Shown: piece after piece, positions 40,272 to 51,080 of the stretch
Numbering within the stretch: position 1 is the stretch's first letter
Layout of the letters: each line of letters begins with the position of its first letter
From: Rhodopila sp.
GTDB taxonomy: Bacteria > Pseudomonadota > Alphaproteobacteria > Acetobacterales > Acetobacteraceae
Length of the DNA stretch: 51,080 bases
Direction: 5' to 3'
Assembly (NCBI GenBank): GCA_028291505.1
Contig: JAQGHW010000423.1
Coordinates: 1 to 51,080 of the forward strand
Made by a program: the position numbers and the translations under genes
Notes under the pieces: generated by a model
Told to the model about the DNA's origin: nothing
Databases searched by the model: none
Seen by the model: the letters and a program-made list of their open reading frames with translations, nothing else

Positions 40272-43200
40272 TCACCGGGCGTGTCGCGAAGGCCCGCCAA
40301 ACCGCCGCTTCACCGTCTCCCGCACCGTCTGGAACACAACATACAGCATCGGGATCAGGAACACCCCGATCGAGCTTGCAACGATCATCCCCGCGAACAC
40401 CGCAGTTCCGACCGCCCGCCGGCTCAGCATCGCCGCCCCGGTCGCCCAGACCAGCGGGATCAGACCAAAGATGAACGCGATCGACGTCATCAGCACGGCC
40501 CTTATCCGCATCCGTGCACCCAGCGCGGCTGCTTCATGGATCGATAGGCCGGACTCCCGAGCCTCCTTGGCGAACTCGACGATCAGGATGCCGTTCTTCG
40601 CCGCCAATGAGATCAGCACCACCATGCCGATCTGTGCATACAGATCCAGCGACAGCCCCGAGATATGCAAGCCGAAGAACGCCCCAAGCACCCCCACCGT
40701 GACCGAGAGCAGCACCGGGATCGGAATCATCCAACTTTCGTACAACGCCACCAGGAACAGGTAGGCGAACAGCACCGCCAAGGCCAGGATAGACCCGGTC
40801 TGCCCAGCCGCCTCGCGTTCCTGGAACGCCGTGCCCGTCCATTCGAAAGTGTAGCCCGGCGGCAGCGTGGTGCGCGACAACTGGTCCATCGCCACCAGCG
40901 CATCGCCGGACGACACGCCCGGCTTGGGACCGCCGTTGATCGTCACACTACGATAGTTGTTGTAGCGGCTGATCACCTGGGGGCCGATCTGGATGCGGAC
41001 ATTGGCGATCGAGCGCAGCGGCACCATCTCGCCGCTTTTGTTGCGGATGTAGATTTTGTAGATCGCCGCCGGATCGCTACGGTCGATCACGTCGCCCTGA
41101 ATATTCACCTGCCAGGTGCGGCCGTACAGGTTGAAGTCATTCACATAGAAGCCGCCCAAGGTCGTCTGCAGCGCATTGAAGACGTCGGAAATCGCCAATC
41201 CCAGCGTCTGTGCCTTCTCGCGGTCTATATCTAGCCAAATCGATGGATTTGACGCCGTGAATGTCGAGAACACCCGGTTCAACCGAGGGTCCTGGTTCGC
41301 CGCCGCGACCATCCCCTGCATCACGCTCGCCATATCTTCTGGCGGGCGGCCTTCCAGGTTCTCCAACTGATATTCAAAGCCGCCGCTGGTGGACAGCCCG
41401 ATGATCGGCGGCAGGTTGAACGGGAAAACGATCGCCGAACGTATCTGTTGCGCCGCCCCGAAAATCCGTCCAATCACCGCGCGCGCACCATCGTCCGGCC
41501 CCTGTCGGTCCTGGAATGGCTTCAGGCGGACGACCAGAAACGCCGCGTTCGGCTGATTGCCGCCGTCCAGTAGCGAGAACCCGACAATCGATAGCACCGC
41601 CTCGACTTGCGGCATCGGCCGGATCAGGTTCTCGACCTGCTCGACTACGCCCCGGGTGCGTTCCACCGACGCGCCGTCAGGCAATTGCACGACGGTGAAA
41701 ATGGCGCCCTGATCTTCCTCCGGCAGGAAGCCGGTCGGCGTGATCCGGCCCATCAGGAAAATCCCAACGCCGGCGGCCGCGATGACAAGCACGGACAGAG
41801 CCGCCAGCCGCAACAGCCTGTTCACGACGCTGGAATACCCGTTCCTGACTTTGTCGATGCCGGTCAGCATCCATCCGACCGGCCCCCGCGGACGACGGCC
41901 ATGGCGCAGGAACAACGCGCACAGGGCCGGCGACAGGGTCAGCGCGATAATCGCCGACAGCAGCATGGAAACGCTGATCGTGACCGCGAACTGGCGAAAC
42001 AGCGTGCCCGACAGCCCCGGGATGAACGCGACCGGCACAAAAACCGACAGCAGCACCAGCGAAATCGCGATGACCGGGCCGGTGATCTGCGCCATCGCCT
42101 TCTTGGTCGCCTCCTTCGAGCTCAGTTCCGGCTCCTCGGCCATCACCCGCTCGACGTTCTCGACCACCACGATCGCATCATCCACGACGACGCCGATCCC
42201 AAGCACCAAGGCAAGCAGTGAGATCGTGTTGGCGGAAAATCCGAAAGCCAGCAGCACCGCGAAGGTGCCGATCAAGCTGACCGGGATCGCCACCATCGGG
42301 ATGATGGTGGCACGCAGGCTGCCCAGAAACACGAACACCACCGCGACCACCAGGACGAACGCGATCGCCAGCGTCTTCATCACCTCGGTGATGGTGGAGG
42401 AGACGAATGAACTGCTGTCGTAGAATACCCGCGCCTTGATGCTCTCCGGAAACCGCCCGGACAGCTCCGCGAGCGCGGCACTGACACGGGCCGATGTCTG
42501 CACGGCGTTCGAACCCGGGGCGAGGTAGATGCCGATCGACACCGCCGGATTGCCGTTCAGCCGGCTAAGCGTATCGCTGTTCGCCGCCCCCAGCTCGGTT
42601 CGCGCGACATCGCGAACGCGCAGTACGGACCCGTCGGGATTGGCGCGAATAACAATATCGCCAAACTGTTCGGGCGTGGTCAGGCGGCCCTGGGTCTGCA
42701 CGCTAAGCTGGAACTGCGTCGCGTCGCTGGTCGGCCTGGCACCAATACGGCCGACCGCGGCCTGGACGTTCTGCGACTGGATCACGGCGATGATGTCCGC
42801 GGGCGCCAGGTTCAGTGCCACCAGCCGGTCCATATCGAACCAGATGCGCATCGAATAGTCGAGCCGGCCGAATAACGTCGCGTCGCCAACACCCGGTACG
42901 CGGGTCAGGCGGTCCAGCACATTGATAGTCACGTAGTTGCTGATGAACAGCGGGTCCTGTGCCCCGCCCTCACTGTAGAACTGCAGGAACTCAAGGATCG
43001 CGGCAGACCGTTTGCGCACGGTCAGGCCATAGCGCTGAACTTCGTTCGGCAGACGCGCGATCGCCTGCTGAACACGGTTGTTTACATTGACAGTGTCGAT
43101 GTCCGGGTCGGTCCCCAACTCGAAGCTGACCGTCAGCGAATAGCTGCCGTCGTTCGCACTGTTGGACTTCATGTAGATCATCTTGTCGACGCCGACCACG

Positions 43201-43406
43201 GCCGCCTCCAGCGGCTGGGCAACGGTTTGCTCCACCACGGCGGCGGACGCACCGGTAAACGAGGTCGAAACGGTGACCTGAGGCGGAACGATATCGGGGA
43301 ATTGGGAAACCGGGATGCGCATCAGCGACAGCGCCCCCGCCAGCGTCAACAGGATGGCAATAACGATCGCGAGTCGCGGCCGCTCGACAAAAACCGCGGA
43401 GATCAT
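40272..43406 (-). CDS. RND efflux permease (HAE1, AcrB/BepE-like)
   Basis: [49 protein letters not shown]; start ATG 43406. Confidence 0.97.
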   Translation of the reverse strand: MISAVFVERPRLAIVIAILLTLAGALSLMRIPVSQFPDIVPPQVTVSTSFTGASAAVVEQTVAQPLEAAVVGVDKMIYMKSNSANDGSYSLTVSFELGTDPDIDTVNVNNRVQQAIARLPNEVQRYGLTVRKRSAAILEFLQFYSEGGAQDPLFISNYVTINVLDRLTRVPGVGDATLFGRLDYSMRIWFDMDRLVALNLAPADIIAVIQSQNVQAAVGRIGARPTSDATQFQLSVQTQGRLTTPEQFGDIVIRANPDGSVLRVRDVARTELGAANSDTLSRLNGNPAVSIGIYLAPGSNAVQTSARVSAALAELSGRFPESIKARVFYDSSSFVSSTITEVMKTLAIAFVLVVAVVFVFLGSLRATIIPMVAIPVSLIGTFAVLLAFGFSANTISLLALVLGIGVVVDDAIVVVENVERVMAEEPELSSKEATKKAMAQITGPVIAISLVLLSVFVPVAFIPGLSGTLFRQFAVTISVSMLLSAIIALTLSPALCALFLRHGRRPRGPVGWMLTGIDKVRNGYSSVVNRLLRLAALSVLVIAAAGVGIFLMGRITPTGFLPEEDQGAIFTVVQLPDGASVERTRGVVEQVENLIRPMPQVEAVLSIVGFSLLDGGNQPNAAFLVVRLKPFQDRQGPDDGARAVIGRIFGAAQQIRSAIVFPFNLPPIIGLSTSGGFEYQLENLEGRPPEDMASVMQGMVAAANQDPRLNRVFSTFTASNPSIWLDIDREKAQTLGLAISDVFNALQTTLGGFYVNDFNLYGRTWQVNIQGDVIDRSDPAAIYKIYIRNKSGEMVPLRSIANVRIQIGPQVISRYNNYRSVTINGGPKPGVSSGDALVAMDQLSRTTLPPGYTFEWTGTAFQEREAAGQTGSILALAVLFAYLFLVALYESWMIPIPVLLSVTVGVLGAFFGLHISGLSLDLYAQIGMVVLISLAAKNGILIVEFAKEARESGLSIHEAAALGARMRIRAVLMTSIAFIFGLIPLVWATGAAMLSRRAVGTAVFAGMIVASSIGVFLIPMLYVVFQTVRETVKRRFGGPSRHAR

Positions 43407-43407
43407 G

Positions 43408-44580
43408 CTACGATTTTCCCGCGCTCTGTGGTCCGGGAGCGGGCGGCGGCGGCGGACTGGCCGGCCCGGCGTTGACCTCCATGCCGGGGCGGACGCGCTG
43501 GATGCCGTCGGCGACAACCATTTCACCTTCTTTCAGGCCGCCGGCGATCACCGCGGTGGTCGGGGTGGATTGCCCCAAATTGACGCGGCGTTGTTCGACC
43601 TTCTTGTCGGCGCCGACGACATACACGTAGTCACCCTGCTGGTCCGACAGCACCGCCTTGCGAGGAATGCCGAGTGCCATGACCGGTTGGACGCCTTCAA
43701 CCAGCACGTTCACGAACGCGCCGTCCACCAGCGGCCGCTCTACCGGTTGCCCGGCATCCGCCTGAACGCGAGGTGGATTGGCGATCCGGGCGCGCAGCAG
43801 GATGGTGTCGGTCGTCGCGGAGACCGTGGGTTCGACGTAGTCAATCTTGCCATTGCGATCATACACCGACCCGTCGGGCAGACGCAGTTTGACCACCACC
43901 GCGTTGGCACCGCCCTTGTCGGCATAGCGCTTCTGCAATTCGGTCAGGGTGCGCGATGCCACCGGGAAAAGGACATACATCGGATCCTGGCTGACGATAG
44001 ATGCCAGCAATCCCGAACTCGGGGAGACGACGTTGCCGACGGTGATGCTCGTCCGGCTGATCTTGCCGGCGACCGGTGCATGAATTTCGGTGTAGTCCAG
44101 GTTGATCTGCGCCGCCTTCAACTGAGCCTGCGCCGAGAGAACCTGCGCCGCCAGGGAGCGCTGATTGGCGACGGCATCGTCGACGTTGGATCGCTGTCCC
44201 GCCGGAGTACTTAGAAGCGACTGCGCCCGAGCAAGCTGAATATTGGCGTTCGCCAGGCGTGCGCTGGTATCGGCGACCGCGGCTTCCTGCTGTTGGACCA
44301 CCGCCTCGAAGGGAGCACGTTCCAGCCGATAGAGCAGATCGCCCTTGTTGACCTCTGACCCCTCGACAAATAGGCGCTGGTCGATGAAAGCGGTCACCCG
44401 CGCCGTTAGAGCGACCCGTTCGATCGCCTGCACGCGGCCCACGAATTCGGACGTCTCGGTAACGGCTGTCTGCTCGGCCCGCACAACGCCCACGGACGGC
44501 GGACCGCCGGGCGGCTGCCCATAAGCGGCCGACGCCACGGACAGCAGGAACACAAGCGATGGGTAGCCGGTAAAGCGCAT
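43408..44580 (-). CDS. RND periplasmic adaptor (membrane fusion protein)
   Basis: Signal peptide, [35 protein letters not shown]. Confidence 0.95.
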   Translation of the reverse strand: MRFTGYPSLVFLLSVASAAYGQPPGGPPSVGVVRAEQTAVTETSEFVGRVQAIERVALTARVTAFIDQRLFVEGSEVNKGDLLYRLERAPFEAVVQQQEAAVADTSARLANANIQLARAQSLLSTPAGQRSNVDDAVANQRSLAAQVLSAQAQLKAAQINLDYTEIHAPVAGKISRTSITVGNVVSPSSGLLASIVSQDPMYVLFPVASRTLTELQKRYADKGGANAVVVKLRLPDGSVYDRNGKIDYVEPTVSATTDTILLRARIANPPRVQADAGQPVERPLVDGAFVNVLVEGVQPVMALGIPRKAVLSDQQGDYVYVVGADKKVEQRRVNLGQSTPTTAVIAGGLKEGEMVVADGIQRVRPGMEVNAGPASPPPPPAPGPQSAGKS

Positions 44581-44898
44581 CAGGCAAGGTCTCCATCCAG
44601 GCGCCTGCTGCGGCGCAATATGAAAATTAAATCATTGGCGGAATTCGGCAACAGACGTTTGTCGTGCGAGCGAATGATCTTATACGCGGTGAGAGGCAAT
44701 TCGAACCCGGCTATATGGCGGCTTCGGCGCAAAGCACATCTTATACAGAAGACCCCGATACCCGGTCGGCAATCGCAGGGTGTCGCGGGCGCCCCTATAA
44801 CGAGTGGCTGGGATAGGCCCACCAGCCGCTTGATCCCGCGAAGCGATTCTCTGCGCGGATGTCGCGCTCCGTACGACGCGCCAGCAATCGATGGAAAA

Positions 44899-45867
44899 CT
44901 ATAGAGGGTGAGCGATGGCGTCGCGCACTTCTTCCTCGATCGCGTCCAGCAAACGTGACGCGAAATGTCGCGGAATCGCTTTCACTATCAGCACTATTCT
45001 TGTCCGTTCATCCTCGCTCGGCCAGCGATCAAGAAAGTCGGGCGGGCTGACGACGTGCCGAACGCCATGGACGACCGCGGGCCGCCCGGGCATTTCCTCG
45101 ATCGCAACCAGACCCTTCAGGCGCAGCAGCCGCGATCCGCAATGTTCCGCTATCGCTTGTAGCATCAGGGTCAGCGCAAGCGCCGGAAGAGGTCTTGTCC
45201 GCGTAATCATGAAGGTCTCTATCTCGCCGTGTCCCCGCGAAGGCCTCATGCCGGCGAGACGGTCGGACAGCGCTGCGAGACATCCGTCGCTGAACAGAGT
45301 GGAGGGATCGGCCTGTGAGGCAAGCATACGCGGCACACCCGGATTCAGCGTCTCCAGCTGGGTCAGCAGCCGATCCGAGGGTGTCCTCAGATCCGTCTTG
45401 CCAAGCAGAATTCGGTCCGCGAGCGCAACCTGATGGCGAGCCTCGGCGTGTTCGTGCAGCGCCTGTTCGCCATGCACCGTGTCTACCAACGTCACCACTG
45501 CGGCAACCTGGTGCGTGGCGGATATGCCGCCGTCCGTCATCATCGTCTGCAACATCGGCGCTGGATCGGAAAGCCCCGACGTTTCGATCAAGACCCGGTC
45601 ATATTGCGCTGTCCCAGCCTCGCGCCGTCTGAGCAACTCCGCCAACGTCCGTGCCAGATCGCTCTGAACCGCGCAACACAGACATCCCGTATTCAATGTC
45701 AGGACCTTGTCATCGCTGCTGGCGATCAACTCGTGATCAAGTCCAACTTCCCCGAATTCATTGACGATAACAGCTGTCCGCCCGAACCCTGGATCACGCA
45801 GGATTCGGCTGATAAGGGTCGTTTTGCCACTTCCCAGGAAGCCGGTGACGACGGCGACCGGGATCAA
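44899..45867 (-). CDS. CobW/COG0523 family metal-binding GTPase
   Basis: TGFLGSGKTT, NEFGEVGLD, GCLCC, IETSGL, KTD, C-terminal RLKG domain; TTG start. Confidence 0.94.
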   Translation of the reverse strand: MIPVAVVTGFLGSGKTTLISRILRDPGFGRTAVIVNEFGEVGLDHELIASSDDKVLTLNTGCLCCAVQSDLARTLAELLRRREAGTAQYDRVLIETSGLSDPAPMLQTMMTDGGISATHQVAAVVTLVDTVHGEQALHEHAEARHQVALADRILLGKTDLRTPSDRLLTQLETLNPGVPRMLASQADPSTLFSDGCLAALSDRLAGMRPSRGHGEIETFMITRTRPLPALALTLMLQAIAEHCGSRLLRLKGLVAIEEMPGRPAVVHGVRHVVSPPDFLDRWPSEDERTRIVLIVKAIPRHFASRLLDAIEEEVRDAIAHPL

Positions 45868-45995
45868 GCGTTCGGCACCGCCGACGCGGGACTCGCACGG
45901 AGCCGATACTGCGCCCCTCGACCTTGCAACGGGGCCGCCGTCCGCTTCGATCCCGATGATTCAGTGGTCTGCGGGCCTCCGGGCGTCGACATTCT

Positions 45996-47099
45996 TCAGA
46001 CCACCTTGCCCGTATCTGCCTCCATCAGGTGCATCTGATTCAGATCCACGGTCAGCGGCAGCATTTCGCCGGGGGCGGCGTGCGTGGCTGGATCGACCCG
46101 GGCGCAGACCGGAGCACCATCGACAAAAAAATGGACCATCGTCTCCATGCCCATCGGCTCGACGACGTCCACCAGCAGATCGACGCGGTTCCAGCCCGGC
46201 TTGCCCTGATCGTGGTATTCGAACAGATGCTCCGGCCGGATGCCAAGCACCATCTCCCGACCCTTGAACGCGCCATAACGGTCGGCCCGCGCAGCCGGAA
46301 TTGGCACGGTAATGGTGTCCGTTACCCGCACCGTCAGGCCACCATTCGCTCCGTCCTGCACGCGGCACGGCAGAAAATTCATCGCGGGTGAACCGATGAA
46401 TCCAGCAACAAAGCGGGTCGTCGGATGATGATAGAGGTCGTTAGGCGTCCCAACCTGCTCGATGACACCATGATTCATCACCACCACACGGTCGGCCAAG
46501 GTCATCGCCTCGATCTGATCGTGGGTCACATAGACCGTGGTGGTGCGAACCGTCTGATGCACCTTCTTGATCTCGGTCCGCATCTGCACCCGCAGCTTGG
46601 CATCCAGGTTCGACAGCGGCTCATCGAACAGGAACACCTTTGGGTTCCGCACGATCGCGCGGCCCATAGCTACTCGTTGTCGCTGCCCACCGGAAAGCGC
46701 CCGAGGCTTCCGGTCCAATAATGGTATGATGTCAAGGATCCGCGCCGCCTCATCCACCCGCCGCTTGATCTCGTCTTTCGGAAACTTCCGGAGTTTCAGT
46801 CCGAACGCCATATTGTCGAATACGCTCATGTGCGGATACAGCGCGTAGTTCTGGAACACCATCGCGATGTCGCGGTCCCGAGGCGGAACGTCATTGACGA
46901 CGTCACCGTCGATCCAGATTTCCCCGGCGGTGATTTCTTCCAGCCCCGCGATCATGCGTAGCGTCGTTGACTTGCCACAGCCGGACGGCCCGACCAGCAC
47001 GACGAATTCATGGTCGGCGATGTCCAGGTCGATACCTTTTACCGCTTGCACGCCACCATCATATTCCTTGACGACCTTGCGGACGGACACTTCAGCCAT
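45996..47099 (-). CDS. Carbohydrate ABC transporter ATP-binding protein (MalK/UgpC family)
   Basis: [35 protein letters not shown] tail; start ATG 47099. Confidence 0.96.
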   Translation of the reverse strand: MAEVSVRKVVKEYDGGVQAVKGIDLDIADHEFVVLVGPSGCGKSTTLRMIAGLEEITAGEIWIDGDVVNDVPPRDRDIAMVFQNYALYPHMSVFDNMAFGLKLRKFPKDEIKRRVDEAARILDIIPLLDRKPRALSGGQRQRVAMGRAIVRNPKVFLFDEPLSNLDAKLRVQMRTEIKKVHQTVRTTTVYVTHDQIEAMTLADRVVVMNHGVIEQVGTPNDLYHHPTTRFVAGFIGSPAMNFLPCRVQDGANGGLTVRVTDTITVPIPAARADRYGAFKGREMVLGIRPEHLFEYHDQGKPGWNRVDLLVDVVEPMGMETMVHFFVDGAPVCARVDPATHAAPGEMLPLTVDLNQMHLMEADTGKVV

Positions 47100-47129
47100 G
47101 GTTGTTTCGTTTCCTCGGTTAGGGTTCAT

Positions 47130-47148
47130 GGCCGGGTTCGACCCGGCC
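47130..47148. repeat. REP-like intercistronic hairpin
   Basis: GGCCGGGT-TCG-ACCCGGCC perfect 8-bp stem preceded by TCAT, resembling common alphaproteobacterial REP hairpins. Confidence 0.5.
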
Positions 47149-47155
47149 TTTCAGC

Positions 47156-48052
47156 TCAGCCCTTGGTGGCTCCGGCCGTGAGGCCCGCCACGTAGTAGTC
47201 CATCAGGAAGGCATAAATAACAATCGGGGGCAGGGACGCCAGCAGGCACGCCGCCATGATCTTGCCCCACTGGAACACGTCGCCGCGGATCAGGTCGGAG
47301 ATGATCCCGACCGTGAGTACCATCTGGTTCGACGTGTAAAGATACGCCAGCGGATAGAGAAACGCGCCCCAAGACACCGTGAACGCGAAGATCGTCGCTG
47401 CGATGATGCCCGGCATCGCCACCGGAATGAAGATCTTCCACAGCATCTGTAGATAGCCCGCACCGTCGATCAATGCGGCCTCATCCAACTCCTTGGGAAT
47501 TGAACTGAAATACCCGATCATGATCCACGTACAGAACGGCACCGCCAGGGTGGGATACAGGATCACCAGGCACCAGAAGTTGTTGATCAGGCCGAGCTTG
47601 CCAATGATCTGGAACAACGGGATGAACAGCAGCGACGGTGGAACCAGGTACGTCAGGAATACCCCCGTCGACAGCGTCTGGCTTCCCCAAAACCCCATGC
47701 GCGACAGGCCGAATGCCGCAAGCACCGAGATCACCATCGAAACGGCGACTGTCAGGATCGTTACGATCGCCGAGTTCAGGTAGTATCGCTGGAAATTCGG
47801 ATAGGTAATCAGGTACCAGAAATTCTCCAGCGTCGGGTGGTGGACGATCCAGGGGCTGCCTGTTTGAGCGGAAATTTCCGCCGACGATTTCAGGCTGGTC
47901 ATCAGCGTGTAAAACGGTGGCACCAGAAACATGAAGACGAACACGGCCAACGCGATGTAGCTGCCCCAAAGTGCCCAGAGCCGCTGTCGATGCAGACTAT
48001 TCCTCCGCTGCGTCGCCACCTTGACGCGGCGCTCGGCGATTGTCGCACTCAT
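47156..48052 (-). CDS. Carbohydrate ABC permease (MalG-like)
   Basis: IPKELDEAALIDGA EAA loop; about 6 TM; ends GLTAGATKG. Confidence 0.95.
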   Translation of the reverse strand: MSATIAERRVKVATQRRNSLHRQRLWALWGSYIALAVFVFMFLVPPFYTLMTSLKSSAEISAQTGSPWIVHHPTLENFWYLITYPNFQRYYLNSAIVTILTVAVSMVISVLAAFGLSRMGFWGSQTLSTGVFLTYLVPPSLLFIPLFQIIGKLGLINNFWCLVILYPTLAVPFCTWIMIGYFSSIPKELDEAALIDGAGYLQMLWKIFIPVAMPGIIAATIFAFTVSWGAFLYPLAYLYTSNQMVLTVGIISDLIRGDVFQWGKIMAACLLASLPPIVIYAFLMDYYVAGLTAGATKG

Positions 48053-48996
48053 GTGGCGATCTCCTTGGTGCGCTTGGTCACGCCGCGCAGCACGAAGAAC
48101 GCCGCGAAGGCCAGGATCGGGAACATGAACAGGCTGTCCGCCGCACCGAGTGGGATGTCGCCCGACTGGATGCCAACCTGGAAGGCGTAGGTGGCGAAGA
48201 CATGCGTCATGTCTTGCGGGCCGCCGGCCGTCAGGATGCGGACGATGTCGAACTCGGCGAAGGTCACGATCAGGCTGAAAAGTATCGTGATCGAGATGAT
48301 GTTGCGCATCATCGGCAATGTCACGAAAAACAGCCTCTGGATGGCGTTCGCGCCGTCGATCGAAGACGCTTCATACAATTGCTCTGGCACCGACTTCAGC
48401 GCCGCCAGATACATGATCATGAAAAACGGCGTGCCGCCCCAGACATTGACCGTGATCGTGCAGAACCGTGCGATCCAGCCAACGCCGAGCCACGGCACAT
48501 TGGCGAAGCCAAATTGGTTCAGCACCCAATTGAACGCCGAGTAAGACGGATCGAACATCCACCACCAGGTCAGGGTCGACAGCGCCAGGGGGATAACCCA
48601 CGGCACCAGCAGCAGGCCGCGCCAGATGCGCTGCTTCTTGCCGGGGATGTTGTTCATCAGATTCGCGAGGGTGAAGCCGATCAGCACTTTCAAGATCACC
48701 GCGGTGATCGCGTACAAGCAGCTCTGGAAGATAACCATTTGGAACGTGTGGCGCTTGAGCAGGAACTGGAAGTTGCTCAGCCCGACAAACGCGGTCATCT
48801 TCTTGTTCAGCATGCTGAGATAGATCGCGTAGAACGCCGGGTAGATCACGAACCCCGCTACCAGCAGGATCAGCGGCAGGCACAGCAGGAACCCCGTGGT
48901 CGATCGCCGTTGGGCGAACTTCCGCATCGTGCTCCTTCGAGCTGTGGTTCGCCCGGGTGTCAAAACACCGATCGGGACGCTCGTGCCGTCTGCCAT
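48049..48996 (-). CDS. Carbohydrate ABC permease (MalF-like)
   Basis: FVGLSNF, LYEASSIDGA, LTAGGP; about 6 TM. Confidence 0.95.
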   Translation of the reverse strand: MADGTSVPIGVLTPGRTTARRSTMRKFAQRRSTTGFLLCLPLILLVAGFVIYPAFYAIYLSMLNKKMTAFVGLSNFQFLLKRHTFQMVIFQSCLYAITAVILKVLIGFTLANLMNNIPGKKQRIWRGLLLVPWVIPLALSTLTWWWMFDPSYSAFNWVLNQFGFANVPWLGVGWIARFCTITVNVWGGTPFFMIMYLAALKSVPEQLYEASSIDGANAIQRLFFVTLPMMRNIISITILFSLIVTFAEFDIVRILTAGGPQDMTHVFATYAFQVGIQSGDIPLGAADSLFMFPILAFAAFFVLRGVTKRTKEIAT

Positions 48997-49063
48997 TCTT
49001 TAGTACCTCCCTAAGCTCATCCCGGCGGACCGGACCGGTCGTTGCCGGCCCGTGCCAATCAGG

Positions 49064-50431
49064 TCAACGAGCGAAGCCTTCCAGTTCGTCCGATGCCCAG
49101 GCGATGACCTGGTCGATCGTTTGGCCACTCTTTAGTTTCGCCAGCATTGTCGGCATCGTGCCGCGATTGTAGATCTGCACGGCAATCTCGGGCGGCGCCG
49201 GCAACGCCGCGATATGCGCCACGGCATGATGGAAAGGCCGTATCGGGTAATTATATACCGTGCCAGCCGGCGGTCCAACCTCCTGCCACACCTTGAAATC
49301 GAGCATCGAATCGAAGGGCGGCACATCGTAGCCGACTACCTCGTTGCAGCGGGCCTCGATGGTGTCGCGCTGCAACAGCGCCTCGATCAGCTCCTTCGCC
49401 GCCGTCTTGTTCTTGCTGAACGACCAAACGCCCCAGAAATACGGCAGATAAGGCAGGAATCGGCCTTCGGGGCCGGACGGACCCGAAAACGACCAAGCGT
49501 CATCGGCTACTTTCGGTGCATCACGCTTGGCCACGGCCCAGGCTGACGGAGGGTTCCAGATCAGCGCGCTCTGCCCGGAAATCAACGCGCGGTTGTTGGA
49601 GGCGTCGTCAAAGCTCACGGCATCCGCCGGCAGCGCCTTTACCAGCTTCTGTCCATACTCCAGTACCGCTCGCACCTTGTCGGACTTCACGGTGTTGTTG
49701 CCGTCCTTGTCGACCAATTCGGCGCCATAGGCGCGGAACAGTACTCCGGCCGTGTCCACGGAATCCGAGGTCTGGCCAAGGCCGATCGCGAACGGCGTAC
49801 CAGCTTTCAAACAGGCCTCCGCGGCAGCCAGATGCGCATCCCATGTCCACTTATCGGATGCCGCGACGTGACCCTCCTTCGCGGGATACATCCCGACGAC
49901 ATCAAGCCCAGCCGTTTCCTTCAGAATGCTGATGCGGCCACAGGGTCCCTTGTACTGGGTGCCGGAACTTGTAGGCACCGCCATCCAATGGCCGTTGATC
50001 TTCGCCAGGTAGTCGCAAACATGGTTCACCTGACCGTATTTGTCGGTCAGCCGCTTCATCACGTCATCCATCGGCTCCAGCGAATCAGCGTTGTTGTGCA
50101 CCTCCCATGTCGGGAAGGCCTGAACGTCGTGGCCCGTCTTGGCCTGGGCCTCGGCCGCGATCGTCAGTAGGTTCTTCTGCCCGACCGAGGTAATGAAGTC
50201 AGCCTGCACCTCAACCTGGTTCTTGGCCGCCCACGCGTCGACCTGCTTCTGCATCACCGCATTGCCCGCCGGCACCCAGTGGTCCCAGAATGCAATTGAC
50301 AGTTTTCCAGCCGCTCGGCCGGACCGGATATGCACCAGTGGCAGCACTGCGGAAGCCGTCGCGAGCTTCAGCGCGCTGCGGCGGGTCGTCTTGCCGGCGG
50401 TCTTTCTCTTCATGGTAGGCGTCGTCGTCAC
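49064..50431 (-). CDS. ABC transporter substrate-binding protein with Tat signal
   Basis: AAAGGA RBS before GTG 50431; TRRSALK twin-arginine; FWDHWVP, WNPPSAW; first gene of the ABC operon. Confidence 0.92.
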   Translation of the reverse strand: MTTTPTMKRKTAGKTTRRSALKLATASAVLPLVHIRSGRAAGKLSIAFWDHWVPAGNAVMQKQVDAWAAKNQVEVQADFITSVGQKNLLTIAAEAQAKTGHDVQAFPTWEVHNNADSLEPMDDVMKRLTDKYGQVNHVCDYLAKINGHWMAVPTSSGTQYKGPCGRISILKETAGLDVVGMYPAKEGHVAASDKWTWDAHLAAAEACLKAGTPFAIGLGQTSDSVDTAGVLFRAYGAELVDKDGNNTVKSDKVRAVLEYGQKLVKALPADAVSFDDASNNRALISGQSALIWNPPSAWAVAKRDAPKVADDAWSFSGPSGPEGRFLPYLPYFWGVWSFSKNKTAAKELIEALLQRDTIEARCNEVVGYDVPPFDSMLDFKVWQEVGPPAGTVYNYPIRPFHHAVAHIAALPAPPEIAVQIYNRGTMPTMLAKLKSGQTIDQVIAWASDELEGFAR

Positions 50432-50815
50432 GTGGGGTCCTTTCTGATGGCCATCGGGCCGGCCAGGCTTGCTATCAACACCGGCCGCCATCGTATGGAC
50501 GCATGTCAGTGCCCGCGCGACCGGATATACCGCGCGCGACATGAACGCACTCTGTCCATAACATTTCGCAATGGCGCCGATCCGCACCCATGAACGTCTA
50601 TCTCCCGGTCGCGACGGTTTCCACCGACGCAATTTCTATTTTAGCCTGCCCTGGTGGCCGGTTCTGACATCCTGTCAATACCTCAGGAGCCAGCCGACCT
50701 GTCATCCTGGTCCAGCATGGTCACGCTAACCTGTGCCGCGACGCCACGCAACGCCGCTTCCGCATCTATCAAATATTTCCGATCATATTCACCGACCTGC
50801 CTTGCCCACGCGGGT

Positions 50816-50844
50816 CGTATCGGCCGTTCGCAACAGCCGATACG
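50816..50844 (-). terminator. Hairpin downstream of the SBP-paralog remnant
   Basis: CGTATCGGC...GCCGATACG 9-bp inverted repeat 15 nt after the remnant's final stop; no U tract. Confidence 0.45.
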
Positions 50845-50859
50845 GGGCCTCCCTCGCGA

Positions 50860-51080
50860 TTATCGGAGGAACCCCTCCAATTCATCCTGCCCCCGGGCGA
50901 TGACTTGCGGGATCGTTTAGTCTTCCTTCAGGCGTGCAAGCATCTGATTGTGGATAGCGCGATTATAGATCTGCACAGCCACATCGGGAGACGCCTCGGA
51001 TGCGGTTACGCTGGGCTGTTGCTCATCCCAGGGACGGATCGGATAGTTGCACACCGTGCCCTGCGGTGGCTCGACCTGCT
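50860..51080 (-). pseudogene. 3' end of a paralogous ABC substrate-binding protein with an internal stop (partial, enters from right edge)
   Basis: QVEPPQGTVCNYPIRPWDE...VAVQIYNRAIHNQMLARLKED-TAA(50919-50917)-TIPQVIARGQDELEGFLR-stop aligns with the intact SBP tail EVGPPAGTVYNYPIRPF...IAVQIYNRG...LAKLKSGQTIDQVIAWASDELEGFAR. Confidence 0.8.

Noticed and set aside
47130-47148. GGTTCGA as a tRNA T-loop
   Set aside because: Only a single hairpin; no cloverleaf can be built.
50683-50811. Protein-like minus-strand stretch AWARQVGEYDRKYLIDAEAALRG...
   Set aside because: No convincing start or RBS and no recognisable family; cannot be supported without a search.

Overview
GC-rich alphaproteobacterial chromosomal segment; gene order and protein style suggest Acetobacteraceae/Rhodospirillales (inference). 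The left 25 kb is mostly housekeeping: tgt-queF-queG, rsmI and an LpoA-like lipoprotein, trpS, murJ, gpsA, rlmJ, tsaD, hemD-COG4223(mitofilin-like)-hemY, an M23 protein, glnD, mutS, mnmG, maeB and a bactofilin. The right half mixes accessory catabolic genes (GGT-family enzyme, Sel1 protein, rhodanese, acyl-CoA dehydrogenase, sirtuin, LLM monooxygenase, two CoA-transferases, enoyl-CoA hydratase) with parA-parB, an RND pump, a CobW GTPase and a sugar-type ABC operon. Five signals are not shown as such in the ORF track. (1) The N-terminal ATPase half of a phage/GTA-type terminase large subunit runs off the left edge on the minus strand, divergent from the queuosine genes, with no canonical start for its N-terminus. 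(2) A prfB-like CTT-TGA junction at the end of the LLM gene is followed in the +1 frame by an NtaA/DszA-type C-terminal tail. (3) The parA Walker A lies upstream of every in-frame ATG/GTG/TTG. (4) A RIME/Bru-RS-like palindromic repeat supplies the end of a gene. (5) There are gene remnants, including a stop-interrupted paralog of the ABC binding protein at the right edge. I recognised no rRNA, tRNA, CRISPR array, integrase or transposase. All assignments come from motif recognition by eye; no searches were run.
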